Source: a virus (taxonomy: Duplodnaviria; Caudoviricetes). From it: a stretch of DNA of 64,000 nucleotides. This document shows, piece after piece, positions 62,978 through 64,000 of this stretch. The translations under genes were made by a program, and so were the position numbers. The notes under the pieces are model-generated. The model made no database searches. It was not told where the DNA came from and saw only the letters and a list, made by a program, of their open reading frames with translations. Where the stretch lies: positions 32,001-96,000 of the IMG/VR virus record IMGVR_UViG_3300026549_000054. One strand, written 5' to 3'. Position 1 is the first letter of the stretch; the number at the start of each line of letters is the position of its first letter.

Positions 62978-63043
62978 AATATAGAAAAATAAACGCAGTT
63001 TGTCAATAAACAAACTGCGAAATTGTGTTAATTTTTGTTTACA
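62978..63043 (-). promoter_or_regulatory. sigma70-type promoter with box
   Basis: TTGACA-17 nt-TATATT; TGTTAA-N6-TTTACA 19 nt upstream of -35. Confidence 0.75.
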
Positions 63044-63045
63044 AT

Positions 63046-63666
63046 TTATGCGAACACTGCGTCTTCATCTCCATTAGTGCTGTCTAATTCGCAATCGTGA
63101 TTATTAGAGAATTTAACCCCGAGTGTAGTGTAAACACTGTCGCCATAATCATACACGTCCGAACTTGCGTATAATGTTGCGTTGTATTTTTTCAATAAAT
63201 CGGAAAGCTCATTTTTAAATTCAGTTTCATATTTAGTTTGTCTATCTTTCTCTATTTTCTTTAGTCTATCATTGGTTACTGTTTCAAAAAATCTCTTAAT
63301 TTCGTCATCAAAGTTGGTTCTGCCTTCAAACGGACAAGAAGGTTTACTCAACCAAGTTTTAATTGCTGAAGGAGTTCCTTTGTATTGTAAATGATATGGA
63401 ATATATTTTTTAGTTAAATCTGTGTTTGTATCAAAAAAGCTTGAATAACTTGATTTAGTACAAGCATTTAAAGATGTAGAATCTTTTACAAATTTATCTT
63501 TTTTGAGTGAACCCCATACAGACAAGACAAGATAAACACTTTTATCTTCTTTTAAATGACCTATAAGGAATTGTTCATAAACTCTATTTCCATCGTCAGT
63601 GTAACGCCATTCATTGAGTGTAAAGTTATGTTCTTTTAAAATTTCTTGTGCTTCTTTTAAATCCAT
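63046..63666 (-). CDS. protein with MxLxEA..L N-terminal motif
   Basis: starts MDLKEAQEILKEHNFTLNE. Confidence 0.65.
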   Translation of the reverse strand: MDLKEAQEILKEHNFTLNEWRYTDDGNRVYEQFLIGHLKEDKSVYLVLSVWGSLKKDKFVKDSTSLNACTKSSYSSFFDTNTDLTKKYIPYHLQYKGTPSAIKTWLSKPSCPFEGRTNFDDEIKRFFETVTNDRLKKIEKDRQTKYETEFKNELSDLLKKYNATLYASSDVYDYGDSVYTTLGVKFSNNHDCELDSTNGDEDAVFA

Positions 63667-63667
63667 T

Positions 63668-63901
63668 TTAATACCCAAAACAGTCCTGCCATTCGTTACT
63701 TACATCTTCTGTAAATTGTTCCAATTCGGGAGTCATTTCTGCTTCTAGTTTATCTTCCCACCAACCTTTGACATTTTTAATTTTTACATTTTTAGTAAAG
63801 TCTTTAAACACTAATTTAGCATTACCAAAATTAAATGTAACTAACAATGTATCAGTATTAGGGTCCCACTTATAATAAGTATCTACGTCATATTCTCGCA
63901 T
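63668..63901 (-). CDS. hypothetical protein
   Basis: 77-aa ORF in the gene run. Confidence 0.55.
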   Translation of the reverse strand: MREYDVDTYYKWDPNTDTLLVTFNFGNAKLVFKDFTKNVKIKNVKGWWEDKLEAEMTPELEQFTEDVSNEWQDCFGY

Positions 63902-64000
63902 AGCAGTACCAACAAATTCGTTTTCTTTATCACCAGGTTTAAATTCTTCGTCTTGAAATACAGCATTGATGATTTCACCAATTTCATATTTCCTTCTTGA

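Noticed and set aside
1-64000. Stop-codon reassignment, as seen in some large phages
   Set aside because: Conserved genes are intact in code 11, TAA, TAG and TGA all terminate genes, and no CTA, TTA or TCA anticodon was found.

Overview
AT-rich segment of a large T4-like (Straboviridae-like) phage genome in the standard genetic code, with almost every gene on the minus strand. Core genes are a gp15-like tail terminator, a gp53-like baseplate protein, a gp13 neck protein, the N-half of a terminase ending in a split-intein fragment, two type IIA topoisomerase subunits, a CCA-adding enzyme, glycosyltransferases, a radical SAM protein and a MoxR/vWA pair. There are two tRNA clusters (about 33.9-41.8 kb and 49.2-51.4 kb, about 31 tRNAs plus degenerate copies) interleaved with free-standing endonucleases and structured non-coding spacers. 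Main discovery: each tRNA cluster is preceded by an unannotated leader-peptide ORF (51512-51625 and 42312-42386) followed by mutually exclusive antiterminator and terminator hairpins. The codons of each leader match the anticodons of its own downstream cluster, which looks like a multi-codon attenuator that switches on phage tRNA synthesis when translation stalls. Second: about 38 otherwise diverse small proteins share a C-terminal [KR]-x3-hydrophobic-x2-D-F tail, mostly in two arrays each centred on a non-coding element with a local GC-skew switch. Also seen: unusual tRNAs (A34 anticodons, long-arm Asn and Thr, CCA replaced by CTA/CGA), a helically phased TGTAAA-N6-TTTACA box upstream of sigma70-type promoters, and an N-terminal capsid-targeting-like motif. 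All calls were made by eye; no searches or folding programs were run.
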